DNA of 64,000 bases from the NCBI RefSeq assembly GCF_009914755.1, contig NC_060939.1; one strand, written 5' to 3'. This document shows, piece by piece, positions 1-15,700 of the stretch. A program made the translations under genes and the position numbers. Positions within the stretch are counted from its first letter, which is position 1, and each line of letters starts with the position of its first letter. Source of the DNA: the human T2T-CHM13v2.0 reference genome, Homo sapiens. Below the pieces are notes generated by a model. It worked only from the letters and a program-made list of their open reading frames with translations, was not told where the DNA came from and did not search any database.

Positions 1-170
1 CCTGCAAGCTGAGGGAGTGGGCTCCGGCCTTGGCCAGCCCAGAAAGGGGCTCCCACAGTGCAGTGGGGGCTGAAGGGCTCCTCAAATGCCACCAAAGTGG
101 GAGCCCAGGCAGGGGAGGTGCCGAGAGCAAGCGAGGGCTCTGAGGACTGCCAGCAGGCTGTCACCTCTGA
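1..170 (-). mobile_element. LTR12 (ERV9) LTR, 5' end; element continues off the left edge
   Basis: Reverse complement begins TCAGAGGTGACAGCCTGCTGGCAGTCCTCAGAGCCCTCGCTTGCTCTCGGC...GGGCTCCCACTTTGG, matching the LTR12C-type 5' terminus as recalled. Confidence 0.85.
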
Positions 171-1010
171 TAAATAGGTAGGACCGTAAGCAAGCCAGAA
201 GCCCAGGTGAACAGTGGGCCCGGAGCCAACAGGAACTCGCTCTGAAACTCCAAATCCCAAAAGAGTAGAGGGGCTGGTTTCCATAAAGGCCGCAAAGTAA
301 ACCTTGTGGAGAAGACTCCAGTGGCTCTGGAGAAAGGGGGAAGCAACGTGGGGCAGCAGAAGGGCAGAGGACAAATGAGTCAGCAAAAATGACTTCCTAC
401 CTCCCAAAGGGGAGGGGGTTGAGGACGGGAATTTCCAGTAAGAAAGACTGGCAAGATCCTGGGTAAAAGCTGAAAGGGAAAGAGGTACACGGGGCAGGAA
501 AATAACACCATTGGAATGAAAATGGTTCCCCTGCAGTCTAGTGATAGGAGAAGGAGGGAATTGAGTGAGTTGGGGTATCTTAGCCATCTCGGCCAATCGC
601 GTGGCACTACAGCACTGGGACTTTCTTGGCAGAATGAATACACAGGGGCTTAGAGGCATGTGCTGCTACTGAGGGGAGCACCAAGTGAGAAATGGAAAAG
701 ACCAGGAGAGTGGTGAACGGCCTCACGCTCACTTGACTTCACTCATGCAGAAGGGCTGCGGGAGCAAGATGGAAGTCCTGACTGACGATCCACACTCTGG
801 GTCTTCAGGGAAGTGTCAGCCTCAGAGCTGCGGTCAGTGCGTGGAGCCGGCTACCTGTTGGGGAAGAAGAACTTAAGGTAGCTCCTTACCTCACACGTGC
901 TAGTTAGGCTAAATAATTATTATTTTTGAAAGGAAGCAATTTAAAAAGAAAGAAACGAGAAGAATGTATAGGTAAAGACTTGAAAAAAAAAAAAAATATA
1001 TATATATATA

Positions 1011-1171
1011 GTCAAGACAGGGTCTTGCCATGCTGCCCAGACCAGAGTGCAGTGGCTATTCACAGGCATGATCATGGTGTGCTACAGCCTTAAACTCCTG
1101 GGCTCAGGTGATCCTCCTGACTAAGCTTCTCAAGTAGCTGGGACCACAAGTGCATTCCACTGCGTCCAGCC
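1011..1171 (-). mobile_element. FAM-type fossil Alu monomer
   Basis: Single 7SL-derived arm with the diagnostic GTGGCTATTCACAGGC segment; A/TA-rich stretch at 983-1010. Confidence 0.7.
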
Positions 1172-1466
1172 TTCTTGAACATTTTTATATGAAAAGTTAT
1201 ATAAGCATAAATGCAACAGAAGTCACAAAGGAAGGCTTGATTTGGCTGCATTGAAAAAAATTTGTGACTCGAAGTGAAATTGTAAGACAAATAGCAGTTT
1301 ATAAAGAATTCTCGTAGACAATAAAATACTAATTCCAAAAGTTAAAAACAGCCAAATACTAAGGAAGAGACAACTCGCAGAAGAAACAATGGCAATTAAG
1401 TATTTAAATATTTCTTACTAATTTAGAAAATAAGAAAGTGAAAGTTAAACAATGAAATGTCTCATT

Positions 1467-2112
<646 letters not shown>

Positions 2113-2240
2113 AGAAAGAGAAAGAGGGAGGGAGGGAGGGAGGGAGGGATGGAGGGAAGGAAGGAAGGAAGGAAGGAAGGAAGGAAGGAAGGAAGGAAGG
2201 AAGGAAAGAAGGAAGGAAGGAGAAAGAAGGAAAAAGAAAG
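2113..2240 (+). repeat. (GGGA)n/(GGAA)n purine microsatellite grown from the Alu tail
   Basis: 13 consecutive GGAA at 2155-2206. Confidence 0.95.
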
Positions 2241-2282
2241 TCCCTTTTCACTCGTAAAATTAGCAAAATAAAAATGTTTCAG

Positions 2283-3363
<1,081 letters not shown>

Positions 3364-3549
3364 TACTGTATTCAATTTTGGTGACCTTGTGTTAGGTGGG
3401 ACTCTCATATACTGTAAACAAAAGTGTAAAATGATAAAAACTTTCTGGAAGACAATTTAGGGACAGGTATCAAAGGCTTTTGAGAAATTCATACCCTTGT
3501 ATCCAGAGATGGTTAGCAGTCCACTTATCATGCTTCCTTCCATAGTGTG

Positions 3550-3922
3550 CAGGTGATGCAGGGAAGTGGCTGCCCAGACAGGGACCATATTCCTCAGTTC
3601 TCCTTGCCGTAGGTGTGGCACCATGCCACCAGCCCTTGCTAATGAAAAATGAATGGAGGCAGTGTGTGTTGCTTCCAAGCTGACACGGTAAAGATGTGCC
3701 TCCTCCACCCTCTCTTTCTCTGTGTATAGTGGCTTTTCAAGGTACACGCTGAAGACAGCAGAGTGACAAGCTAGATGGAACCTGGATCCTAAATCACCAT
3801 GTTAAAGGCCACCCACCAAATACTCAACATTGAACAGCTCTGTGAGTGAGAAATAAACTTTTATTGTGTGAAGTCTTTGAGGTTTGGGGCCTTATGTATT
3901 ATAGCAATTTGTGTTGCTTACT
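3550..3922 (+). mobile_element. MLT1-type MaLR LTR, degenerate
   Basis: 3' part GTGAGTGAGAAATAAACTTTTATTGTGTGAAG...TATAGCA is typical of MLT1 LTR ends; left boundary uncertain. Confidence 0.55.
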
Positions 3923-4524
3923 GTGACCCAGAAATTGCACTTCTAGGAATGTTTCCTAAAGAAATAATCCAAGATTCAAAGACTGATAGAATCTGAGAAC
4001 AATGGACAAAACCCGAAATGGCTATAATCACAATGAATGCTGCAAAGGGCTCTGAAACATGGGAATGGAAACTGAACAGCAGAGGACAGAAAATAAATTA
4101 CAAAATTGCTCAGTAGTACAAATACAGTATTTGTGATGGGAATTAAGAACAATAGTTGAAAAGAAAATAAAAACCTGATCAGCAAGCCTGGTGTTTAATA
4201 AGTGTATACACTGACCCATTTGCACAAACATTTTGGAATAGATTGGTGAATGGATCCTGGCATGGAAATACTTTGTTAATTGTGATCAGAGGGTTATCAG
4301 CTCTTTTTCTCTAAGAAATTATTTGACATATGATTAAATTGCCAAGGTCTCTTCTACCTTTTATATATAGATTTTTCCAGCCCAAGTCCCCTAACATTAT
4401 TGTTTTCATAACTCTGAAGGCTTTTCTTCTCCTCTTCATAGCTGATCCTTCTCACCATTCTCCCTGGCCTCAGGCAGTGATGGTAATATGGGTAACGTAA
4501 GTGCTACTACCAGAAATTATGTTA

Positions 4525-4875
<351 letters not shown>

Positions 4876-5089
4876 TTAAATATGTTTATACTTTCAAATT
4901 ACTTTCACATATATTGCCACTATTTTGGATAATTGTAATCTCTATGTCAAATAGCATCTTTCAGACTGGTGAGTCATATATATACCACAGTTGATTTTCA
5001 AGGTTTTATCTTTCAGTTTTTGAAATAGTAATCTCTAATATGGACACAAAATGTAAAGAGAAAAAAAATTGTTCCTCTTTGACTACTAT

Positions 5090-5460
5090 ATTATTCAGGA
5101 TAGGCCAGGGTATGCTGCAGTAATAAAGCAACCCCCAAATTTCAGTGGACACAAAAAAACATTGACTTCTCTCTCTGCTGCATGTTCATTCCAGGTTGGC
5201 AGGGACATGGTTCCACATAGTCACTTAAGGACACAGGATGAAAAAGGCTATTTCATTTTGTAGTTGTGCTATTGGAACAAGGGGCCTCTTCAATCACTGG
5301 AACAAGGAAAGAGGAAAGTAAAGAAGGGCACGTGGGTATTTTCTGTCTTAGCCCAGAGGTGATCTGCATCATTTCTGCTTATATTTCATTGTCTGGAACT
5401 TGTCAAATGGTTCACCTAATATACAGGACTAAATACAATGTTTAGCAAGCATCACTGTCT
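5090..5460 (-). mobile_element. MLT1-type LTR fragment
   Basis: CAGGATAGGCCAGGGTATGCTGCAGTAATAAAGCAACCCCCAAATTTCAGTGG resembles the antisense 3' end of old MLT1 LTRs. Confidence 0.45.
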
Positions 5461-6033
5461 CTAGTTACTTCTCTCATTCTGTCTACCATTTCTTTTCTGG
5501 GGCTGACTGTTTTCTACTTATCTTTGCACATATATGACAGTCTAACTTTCTGAAATTGTGCTAGATAAGGGACATCAAATATGTGAGGTTGTTTCCTCCT
5601 CCCATGCCCAGTAGACATTGCTCTTTGGTCATGGTACTCTTTTGGGCTAAGCCTGGATGTAGCATCAGAAACCTTCCCAATACAGCTGGCTGCCAGTTTC
5701 TCATTATCGCTAGAGATGAAACTTATTTGTCATCCCCTGCCTAAGGAATTCCACTAGCCCCGAGGACGTGGAACTGACTTGCTTGATTCTAATCTACACT
5801 ACTCCATTACTTTCTTCAGGGATGGACATGAGACTAGCAGGCACCTGACCAATTCTGTTATCTGTACTGTTCACAAATACCTAATCTCGGGACTCCAGAG
5901 TTACCATCATTTTGGGGCTCTGGTATTTTCCCTTCCACTGTCTGCCACTTTGATCAGGGCAAGAACAATCAAAGGAAACTTGACTTCCTTTACGGCTAAC
6001 ATGGGCTACTACCCATAAACTGGGAGAGAGAAA

Positions 6034-6065
<32 letters not shown>

Positions 6066-8164
6066 GAAAAAGGAAACTTTAGGGTAAAAACAAAAACACA
6101 AGTCTTCCCCAACCAGAACTTTGAAATGGATTGGCCCAGCCCTCCTCTCCAGAAGCCTCCACAGTTTCACAGGTCATTCCCCAAACCCAGGAAAGGGAAT
6201 ATTTCTTTCCCATCCTCAGTGACATGAAGCAAAGAGAATAGCCCTTTGAAAAATAATTTTTTTTTAAACTTAAAAAAGAAAATGTCACTTTCCTTAAGGG
6301 TTAAACAAAGTAGGCTATCAGGAAAATCTAGAATGTTCTTCCCCTCAGCCATGAAAACTGCTCACCATTTTCTGTTTCTTGCAAGCTTTATCCCGAGCCC
6401 CACCGGGGGTCTCTGGTAAGAGATACTTTAGAAAATAGAGAAGTTGGGGCAGGCTGCTGGCTTCCTTGTGTTTTTTTCCTCTCAGCCATTTCCCAAAACT
6501 TCTTAAAGTCCTCGCATTATACAAAGTGAAGATTTGTTCTCTCTACACCAGTAGTTGAGAAGTCTCTCCCGACAGAAGTTTTCACTACTGTTGCTGTTTG
6601 GAATTGGCTCAGCAGACGTAAACAGGGTCATCTGGGGCCAAAGAGGGTGGGTGTTTAGCTTTAAAGCTCCGGGGTTAAGAGTGAAAGCATGTGACTCCAG
6701 CCCGGCCAGAAACAGAGGAGCCTTTGTGTGCAGCGAGTGAGCCAGAGGCAGTCCACAGGGGGAGCGGGAAGGAGAACGCTGACACAGGTTCCGAGGGGCT
6801 GACAGGATGCCACTGCAGGGAGATTAACTCTTTGTTCCACAAGGGGAGCTTCTGTTCATGGCTCACAGTAGAGCAGAATACTTTTAAAAATAAAACAGCG
6901 AGCTTGCGAAGGGACACACATATTTCTGTAGCCAGAGTTGAGATGAGAGGCAGACCGAAGCAACTGGAAGCAAGAGCAATGTCCCAGCAGGAGTTTTTGG
7001 TCGATTAGCCTGGGCACTTCCTTGGGGTCCTCCCTTCTAAACACTGCAGGCTATTTCTGTGCTGCTGCTCCCCTCACACACACCCCTTCTCCTCCTGGAT
7101 GGCTGGGATGAACCGCAGGAGATAGCAGGGCAGCCTGGACCACACCTCCCCTGGTTCTGCTTCCTCAGGAGCAGGGAGGCTGGTAGTTGGCAGGACCCTG
7201 CCAGAGGGAAGCTGCCATGCCACTGATTCAGCCCACCCTGGCCACACCCTCAGGCACCAGAGCCCACTGGTGTCATCCTTCACCAAGGTGCTTCGGAACC
7301 ATGGACATTTGGTGAGCGTGGGCTCTGCTGGCACTGAGCAAGGAGGTGGCCCTCAGCCTGGCTCACCAGCCTACACTGCTCAGAGCCCACCTGCCTCAGT
7401 GCCAGCGTGCCCTTCCCCCAACTCCACTTCCACCCAGAAATTGCTGCATTGAACCCTACTGAAGTGAGCAAGTCAAATTTCCTGAAAGTCTGCAGAATGT
7501 GACTTTCGGACTTTGGCAGGAGGAGGAAAGGAAACAAGGTTCATTTTGCCCTCGCCCCGTGGGACTGCTCAGGAGTTCAGACGTGAGGGCGGCAGTGAGT
7601 GGCACGCCTTGCTGAACATCACGCCACGAGCACTCACACTTCCTCCCACTAGTATTCTTCACTCTTTGCTTACATGAAGATTGCTGAGCTCCTTGCAAGT
7701 GTCAGGTTCTTTGTTGGATAGCGGGGCTACAGTGGTAAATGAGACAGATCAGTGCCTGCCCACACAAGGGCCTTCGGTCCATCCAGACATGTAAAAAAGC
7801 CACTCACACAATAATGTCCATTGGTAGTCAAGAAAATGGTGACAGTTGTACTGAGTAAATGGTGACCATCGGTGGTAAGAGGTAAAAGGGAAATTTGCTG
7901 GTCCTTAATGGTATGAAATCCAGTCTTACAGGTGTATTTTGGTTTCCCCAGTCTGTGAAGTGTCATCAGTTCTTCTCTACATTTCACAGAGGAATCATGG
8001 AAATTATGGGTCTAGAATGGCCGTAAACTGCAGAATATTGAGGCAGTACCAAGCCCTGGTGCTCGGGCAAGAGGCTCCTGACCCCAGCCTTTGATCTACC
8101 AGACTCGGGGGCTGATGAATTTTTTTTGTGGTTGCTTTTTAGAATAGTAGCCAGCCCTCTCAAG

Positions 8165-8165
8165 C

Positions 8166-8211
<46 letters not shown>
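8165..8211. repeat. (TG)n microsatellite
   Basis: Direct read. Confidence 0.95.
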
Positions 8212-8212
<1 letters not shown>

Positions 8213-9050
8213 CAGCACCTATGAAATCGGTACTCAAGGGCTCAGTACCTATGAAATTGGGCTAAAGGGTACTTGGCAAACATAATGCTGTGTTAGAAAT
8301 GAGGTTGCCACCAGGCACCAAACCCTCTCCACTTCACAGACGGAATCATGGGGCAGAACCCTGGGCTCACTCAGGTGCAAAACAAGCAGCTTTTATCAGG
8401 GTTGCCCAGAACTCCCAGGCCTTTGCCCCTGTCCACTCCCGGGTCTTCCACAGTCCCCAACCATGTTTTCCTACCCCTCCAACGGCTGACCACTCCCCAC
8501 CAGTTCATTTTGCATGAACCTCTGAAGCCCCTTTCTGAGCTCATGGAAAAGCACCCCAGGTTCCTTGCCCGTCTTCCAGCTGGATAAGATAGAAGGCTGC
8601 AAAGCCCATTGTGGCTACAAATACTCTCTCTGGGCTGAAGTTGTGACCTCCAAAAGGACAGGACCATTTTCACAGCCTCAGTCTCTGAATGTGCTGACAG
8701 GAAGTGTACATCTCCAAAATCAAGAATGCAGTACAATAAACACACGTGCCCCCAGAGATTGCACCATCCTCCATCACCGTGTGCACAGGGTGAAATGTAC
8801 ATGCGACAGCAGTAACTGCCTGGAGTATGAGGAAAGTCAGGAGCGCAATGAAGAAAAAGCTTGCTTTGGTTTCTAAGTTTTTGCAGTACTTGTTCTTTTG
8901 CTTTTTCCTTTACAAAGAAAACCATAATCCTGAAGCCTGGGGACCAAGTGACAGGTTCAGAGACTCAATAATTTTCCTGAAATCTTATGCAAAAATTCTT
9001 GAGTCTGAGCATGTCATATGCCTTTTCCCTAGGAGAGGATTGCTATCTTA

Positions 9051-9540
<490 letters not shown>

Positions 9541-10483
9541 TCAGCTAATGATACAGTCAGCCTGAAAACCCAGTCTCCTTAATCCCCACCGGGTGATTCA
9601 TCCACTTTTCCACACCACCTGGATTTCTTGTAGGGCATAATTTTGAGGGTGGGGACCATGTAGCTTATTTCTTTCCAATCTTCGCACTGGGCTTAGGGTG
9701 GCGCCTCGCTTCAGTGCCAGTGACTCATTCAGTGTACCTCACCTTCTTAGGAGCAGGGTTGGCGCTCGAATGAGCATTCGAATGCTGGTGACAGATCCCC
9801 CTGCAGAGTAGCGTGGAGCCAGGGGACATGTGAATGGTAGCAAAAGCAGTGGCCAGACAGGGCATCACTAACATCACTTACTTTCACCCTCCCTTTAGGA
9901 CAATTCCAATTCTAATTCCACACCGAGCCTTCCCAGTTACGGGGGCAGAAGCGTCTCCTAGGAAGCAGTGCGTTAAGGGCAGCATGGTTTGGGGTTTAGG
10001 GGTCCAAAGGAGTCTCATTGTACACAGGGACTAGTTCCAAGACCTCCTGTAAAGCCAAATCACATAAAGTGAAAATTTCCCTTGAAAATCCTTTAAAATG
10101 CCTATGAAGTACAACAAGCAGACATGATCCCTCCACGGGACATCCCAGCCAGTCAGCTCTGCCTTCAGGCTGGAAGAGACTCCTGTTACCTCAGCTGAGC
10201 AGCAGAGGAAAACGTGGGTGGCATTTAGGGCTGTGCTGGGCCAGAGAAACTTATCTTCAGTGTGGTGAGATGCTGCCGTGAGATGAGGCCAGGGAAGGGT
10301 GGCTGCGTGTGCTCCCGTCTCACACACCCTCCGGGCCCTGCAACCTTGCCCGGCTGCTGCACTGTATCACCACACATCAACATATCACTGTATGTGTCCC
10401 TCCCGCTCTCCCCACCTCTCAGCTGAGCTCCTGCAGTTGACTTCATGAAAATTAAATGGGTGCTTCAGGGGTCTCCTCCTTAA

Positions 10484-10872
<389 letters not shown>

Positions 10873-11224
10873 ATTTTTGTTTTAAACTGCTAAATGTAGG
10901 GGTAATTTGTTTTGCAGAATACAAGTACAGAATACTAATACAAAGGAGATATCTGGAGAGGCAGGCTAAGGATCCGGTAGGGCAAGTTTTCCAGTGGGGG
11001 CGATGGGATTGTGTCTGCCATTTAGGAAGTTTCCCTGGCAGCACAGAAGACCATGCTGTGGAAGGGGCAAGGCTGATGAGAGAACAGTTAAGATGCTCCA
11101 CAGTTGTTCAGGCAAAAGGACTTACATTAAGACGGTGCAGCAGAGACAGAAGGAAGATAGGCTGCAAGAGACATTTCCAAGTAAGAATGGCCAGAGCTTA
11201 TTGACCAACTGCCCACAAATAATA

Positions 11225-11460
11225 ATATCATTAATATTAATAGCTAACATAAATTGAAAACTTAATATGTACCAAGCATTCTTCTAAGCACCTTACACAT
11301 ATTTACACATTTAATTCTCACAATAACTTTATGGGTAGGCACTACTATCTCATTTTATAGGTGAGGAAACTGAGGCACAGAAAGATTATGTGGCCTCCCA
11401 ATGCCACATAGCTGGTGAGCGGCACAGTCTGGGTTCAAACTTGGACAGCTGTGCCTTTAA
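11225..11460. mobile_element. MIR SINE
   Basis: Core CATTTTATAGGTGAGGAAACTGAGGCACAGA. Confidence 0.8.
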
Positions 11461-12719
11461 TGTCTCTGTTCTTCCTCTGGAGGGATCAGAGAGAGAGAAA
11501 GGAGGGAACAAGGGGAACGAAGGTGAGCGCTCAGATTTCTAGCCTGGGCAACGGAGTGCAGCCTTACCCAAGGTAGGCCTCGATGACGTGAAAGACATCA
11601 CTATCACCAGTCACCTACTAATCCCCTGTGAACCTCATAGGAACTGCTTAATGGACTCAACTACAACCCAGCAAGTGAAATGTAGAATAACATCCGGACA
11701 TGGCACCAGGCCCCACTTATACCACGCTCCAGTAAAAATAAACCTCCCTGTCCAAATATAGAGTGGTTGGAAGTGCCATACTTTACAGAAGAAGAGGCAG
11801 TTATTTGGCATTAAAAATAGATAAGTTTTGGCTTACTTGAAGACCTGGGCATGAGCAGTGCGATTCCCAAATGGAAACAGATGGATGGGGTGAGACCCCC
11901 CTCAAGACTGACTCAGCTATTTAAAGAGACCAAATAGAAAATTATATCCCCTTTCTGGGCCTCAGTTTACTCACCCATAAGACAGAGAGGTTGGACAAAA
12001 GATCCAATGTCATGCCAAGCTCCAACCCTCTATGAGGGTTGGAACTGGAGGCCAAGGCTAGATCTGAGAGCTGACAACCTCCTAAATCAAGGACAGCCCA
12101 ACAGATGCAGGGCGGGTTGGCCCCTCAGTTCATAACTTACTGCTGATAGGATCAGGAGTAGTTTTTCCCAAGGATTTTCAGAACTCTGTCAAGAGCTTTA
12201 AATCACCGCTTTGAATCAGACACATTGTTAATCCACAAAGAAATGCAAGCCAGGAAGTCCCCCTACAACTAGCTTGCCTCCTGAGGGGCTACCCTGATAG
12301 AAAGGAGGGGTGGGGTAGTGTGTGCGGGAGGGGCTGCCGGGGTCCTTTCCCTCACTGGGTCCCAGTGGCAGACAGGCCCTTTTGACACATTCCCTTTAAT
12401 CCTGCAAGGCCGGCACAGTCGTATTTCACACGTGGAAGAACTGAAGGCTCAGAGAGGTGACATAACTTGCCCAAGATCATTCAGCTGGAGGAGGAGGGAA
12501 CCGGGTCCAAAGCCTGCATCTTTCCCCCTCACAGGGCCTCTGCTGTGCTGCCTATCGCGTGGTGGTCGGAATCACTCTTCTCAACTCCAAGAGGGGAAAG
12601 GAAATCACGGCGAAAGCTGAGCGCCTTCAGGTCACTCAAGCTGGCAGCTGAGAAAGCTAGAAGGCTTTAATTTCCTAACTGATCTCCTTGCATTTTTACC
12701 ACACCTTGAAAAATAAAAG

Positions 12720-15700
12720 ACCAGATTTGCTTTAAATGATTTTATTAAAAATTGTACCAATTGATGGGGGGAAAGATATACACACATACACACATATGCA
12801 TGTGAAGAACATAAACACATAAAGCCAAAGGCTCTGTACAGATTTTTAAAAAATGGGGCCCCTTTCTTCTTCCTCTCTCCCAGAGGCAGAGTGCCCAGAC
12901 CCCAGGGCAGCTACCCTGGGGATGAACAAAATGCTACATTCTCACTGGGTCTCCTCGATAGCCCCTGTGGATCCAGGGATGGGGTAGAAGGCTAGCAATG
13001 CTCCCAGAGCAGGGAGGGGCACTGGCCACCTGCACAGAGAGAGGGGGCAGTGGGGCTCTGAGCACCTTTAGCTGGGAGGCTGGCTGGGCACCTATGAGCT
13101 CAGCTTTTTCCGCTATCCCCTCAAGACTCAAAAGTCCCCACCAGCCCTCAGGCTGCCTAAGGGTGACAGGTGAGCCCCTTCCTGCTAGGGTGTCTGGCCA
13201 GGATGGCCTGCTTCCAAGAGTCCTCACCTTCACACACAGAGCTGTTTCCAGCCCAGGCCAGCACTGATTTGCAGAAGGCCTGCAGAGCCATGGTGACCAA
13301 AGTCTTCCCGCTTCTGCCACGTCCCTTCTGCCTACCCCACCTCCCCATCAAGTCCCTCAAAAAGAAGTGCTCACTGGGGTAGCATGCTCCTTGCTGTCCA
13401 GGACAGTCACCGTGGCTCCACAGCACTCTTCCTGGGAGGCCCTGGCTGAACCGTCCCGAATAACCCCCAGGCAGGGGCCACCTGCCGATGGGGCTGGGCT
13501 GCCAGGAGCAGTGAGACAGGTCAGCTGGGCCCCTCTGGGTCCTTCAAACAAGCCTGCCACATAGCTTCGGACACAGACCTACTCCCCTGGGGGCTGAGGG
13601 AGGTCACTGGGAGGTGATCTTTTTCCACCTCGGATTGAGCAAGAGAAGGCTGCCAGTGGCCCAGACTTTGAAACAGGCCAGGCAGAGGCCAGGCTGAGTC
13701 CTCCACCCTCATTGCAGGAGTCCAGCGTCTGGCCTGGGGACTTCCCTCACCAGATCTGTTGACCAACTTCTAGAAACCCCTGCTTTGGGGTTGTGAATTA
13801 GAAGGGCTGTTTTGACCCTGAATATCAGGCTTCCCTTCCTCCCAGGCATTTCTTTCCCGAGGAGGAAGGTTTCCAGTCCCTCTCCCAACCCCCACCCTCA
13901 GCAAGCCACAAAGCCTCCACCGTCTTCAGCTGGTTACAGGTCAGGATCCAGGTCAGACTCTCCCTCCCTCTAAATCTGATTCTCCACCCCTCGCTAGAGA
14001 CAGCCAGGCTCCTGGGGGTGGGGGATGGAGTCTGAGGGGGTGGAGGTCGGGGGGGAGGGGCAGGTCTCCTGAGGCTAGACTTGAGGAATGTTTAGGCCAA
14101 CTCACCAGGCAGAGGAGGAAGGGGCCAGTTTAGATCACTAAGCCAATTAAAAACAACCAGCCAGAAAGAACCTTTCTCCTTCCTGACAGCTACTCTGCCA
14201 GCTACCTCCTGGGTTTTGTTGGTGGGGAAGAAGGGAGAGGGAAACGTGAGGGGTGTAAATTTTGCCCTGGCTCACTTAAGACAGTGAGTGAGTTCCTGGC
14301 TTTGCATAAGATGGAGACAGTGCAGTCAGACCACCTTCCACCTGCCCCAGGCTTGATGTTGAGGTGGGTTTGTCAAAGTCTGGGCTCAGTTCTCAGGCCA
14401 CAGGGCACCCAGCCTGGGCCTGGCAAGGTCTCTGAAGCTGATGGCCTTGCCCCAGCACCAAGATCTAAATCATTTTCTCTCTCACTGAACTCAGGTGGAG
14501 AGTCTGCCAAAAGGGGTGAATAGTGGCTGCTGTAAATAATCCCGGTTTTTTGGTGTGTGCCACTGAAGCATACGGCAGCAGGCTGCCTGTCACCACCTTG
14601 ATCCAGAGAGGGGAGAACAACGTATGTCCCATACACATCATAAAATGGTATGGAGACCCACAGGGAAGGCTGAATTTCACAATGGTCAGTGTGTCCCAGA
14701 GCCAGTCTTCAAGCTGGTCCCCGGCTCCTTCTCTGCAAAGCAGGAACCCGTCTTCTTAGCAGACAAATCATGGTACACACCCTGAGAATAGAATTCTGAC
14801 CAAGAAGAGGTAATATCCAGAATATCTGAGCAGAACAAAACAAAGGCTTACATGCACAGTTTGAGGCCCTTCTCCTCCAGGGTGCTGTGAGCCCATATGG
14901 CACCTTTGCAAATTAGGAAAGGCACCCCTTCTTCTTGGGAGAAGTAGCCCCACACCAGGGCACGCACACAGCTTAGTGAGCAGAACACAAGCTGAATTCC
15001 AGCCTCCATTAGCTGCAGGTGCCCTTGTGCAGTGAACAACCTGCACAACTGTACATCCAGAAGATCAATGTCTCCTTCAATAGTACTGAAGACCTCCTCT
15101 CCTCAGAACTGGAAGACTTGGGCTTGTTCAGATTTGTGAGTCTACTCTAGACTCCTCCTATTTCCTTGGGTAGCCCTGAGGTCTTCTTTGTCCAGGGAAG
15201 CCGTCTTTCCTTTGGGCCTTACTTCACTGTTAGCACCAATGTTGTCTTTTCTCACATATGCAAAAGTTATAATTTAGTTTCTAGCGTCTGGTTAACAGAT
15301 TCCCTGTGCCTGCTATCGGAGCTGCCACACCGGCTGCTTTAGATCCTCTCCATAAGTGCCGCAGCAGGGAGAGAAGGGAAGACGTGCACAGGCAGCTGTG
15401 ATCCTGCTGGGTTCCAGAGCATGCCCTTCTGGCCTAGCTGGAAGCTGGAGGAAGATAGGAAATGTGTACCCAGCTTTGACGGTTCCCCACTCTAATCGTT
15501 ATCTGTTACTCTAAAAGTCACTTAGCTGGCAAAGCCACTGTCCTGGCTTCTTCTGTATCCCACTAGGTATGAAAAAGGACTGGGGATAAGGGGGAAGAGG
15601 TATGTTGTTTCCAAGGAAACCAAGGGGTCTGGGGTCCCCTACGGCTGACTCTCATGGTAGGGTGGCCACCATATTTTCCGGCCCCACTGCAAACTTGCCC

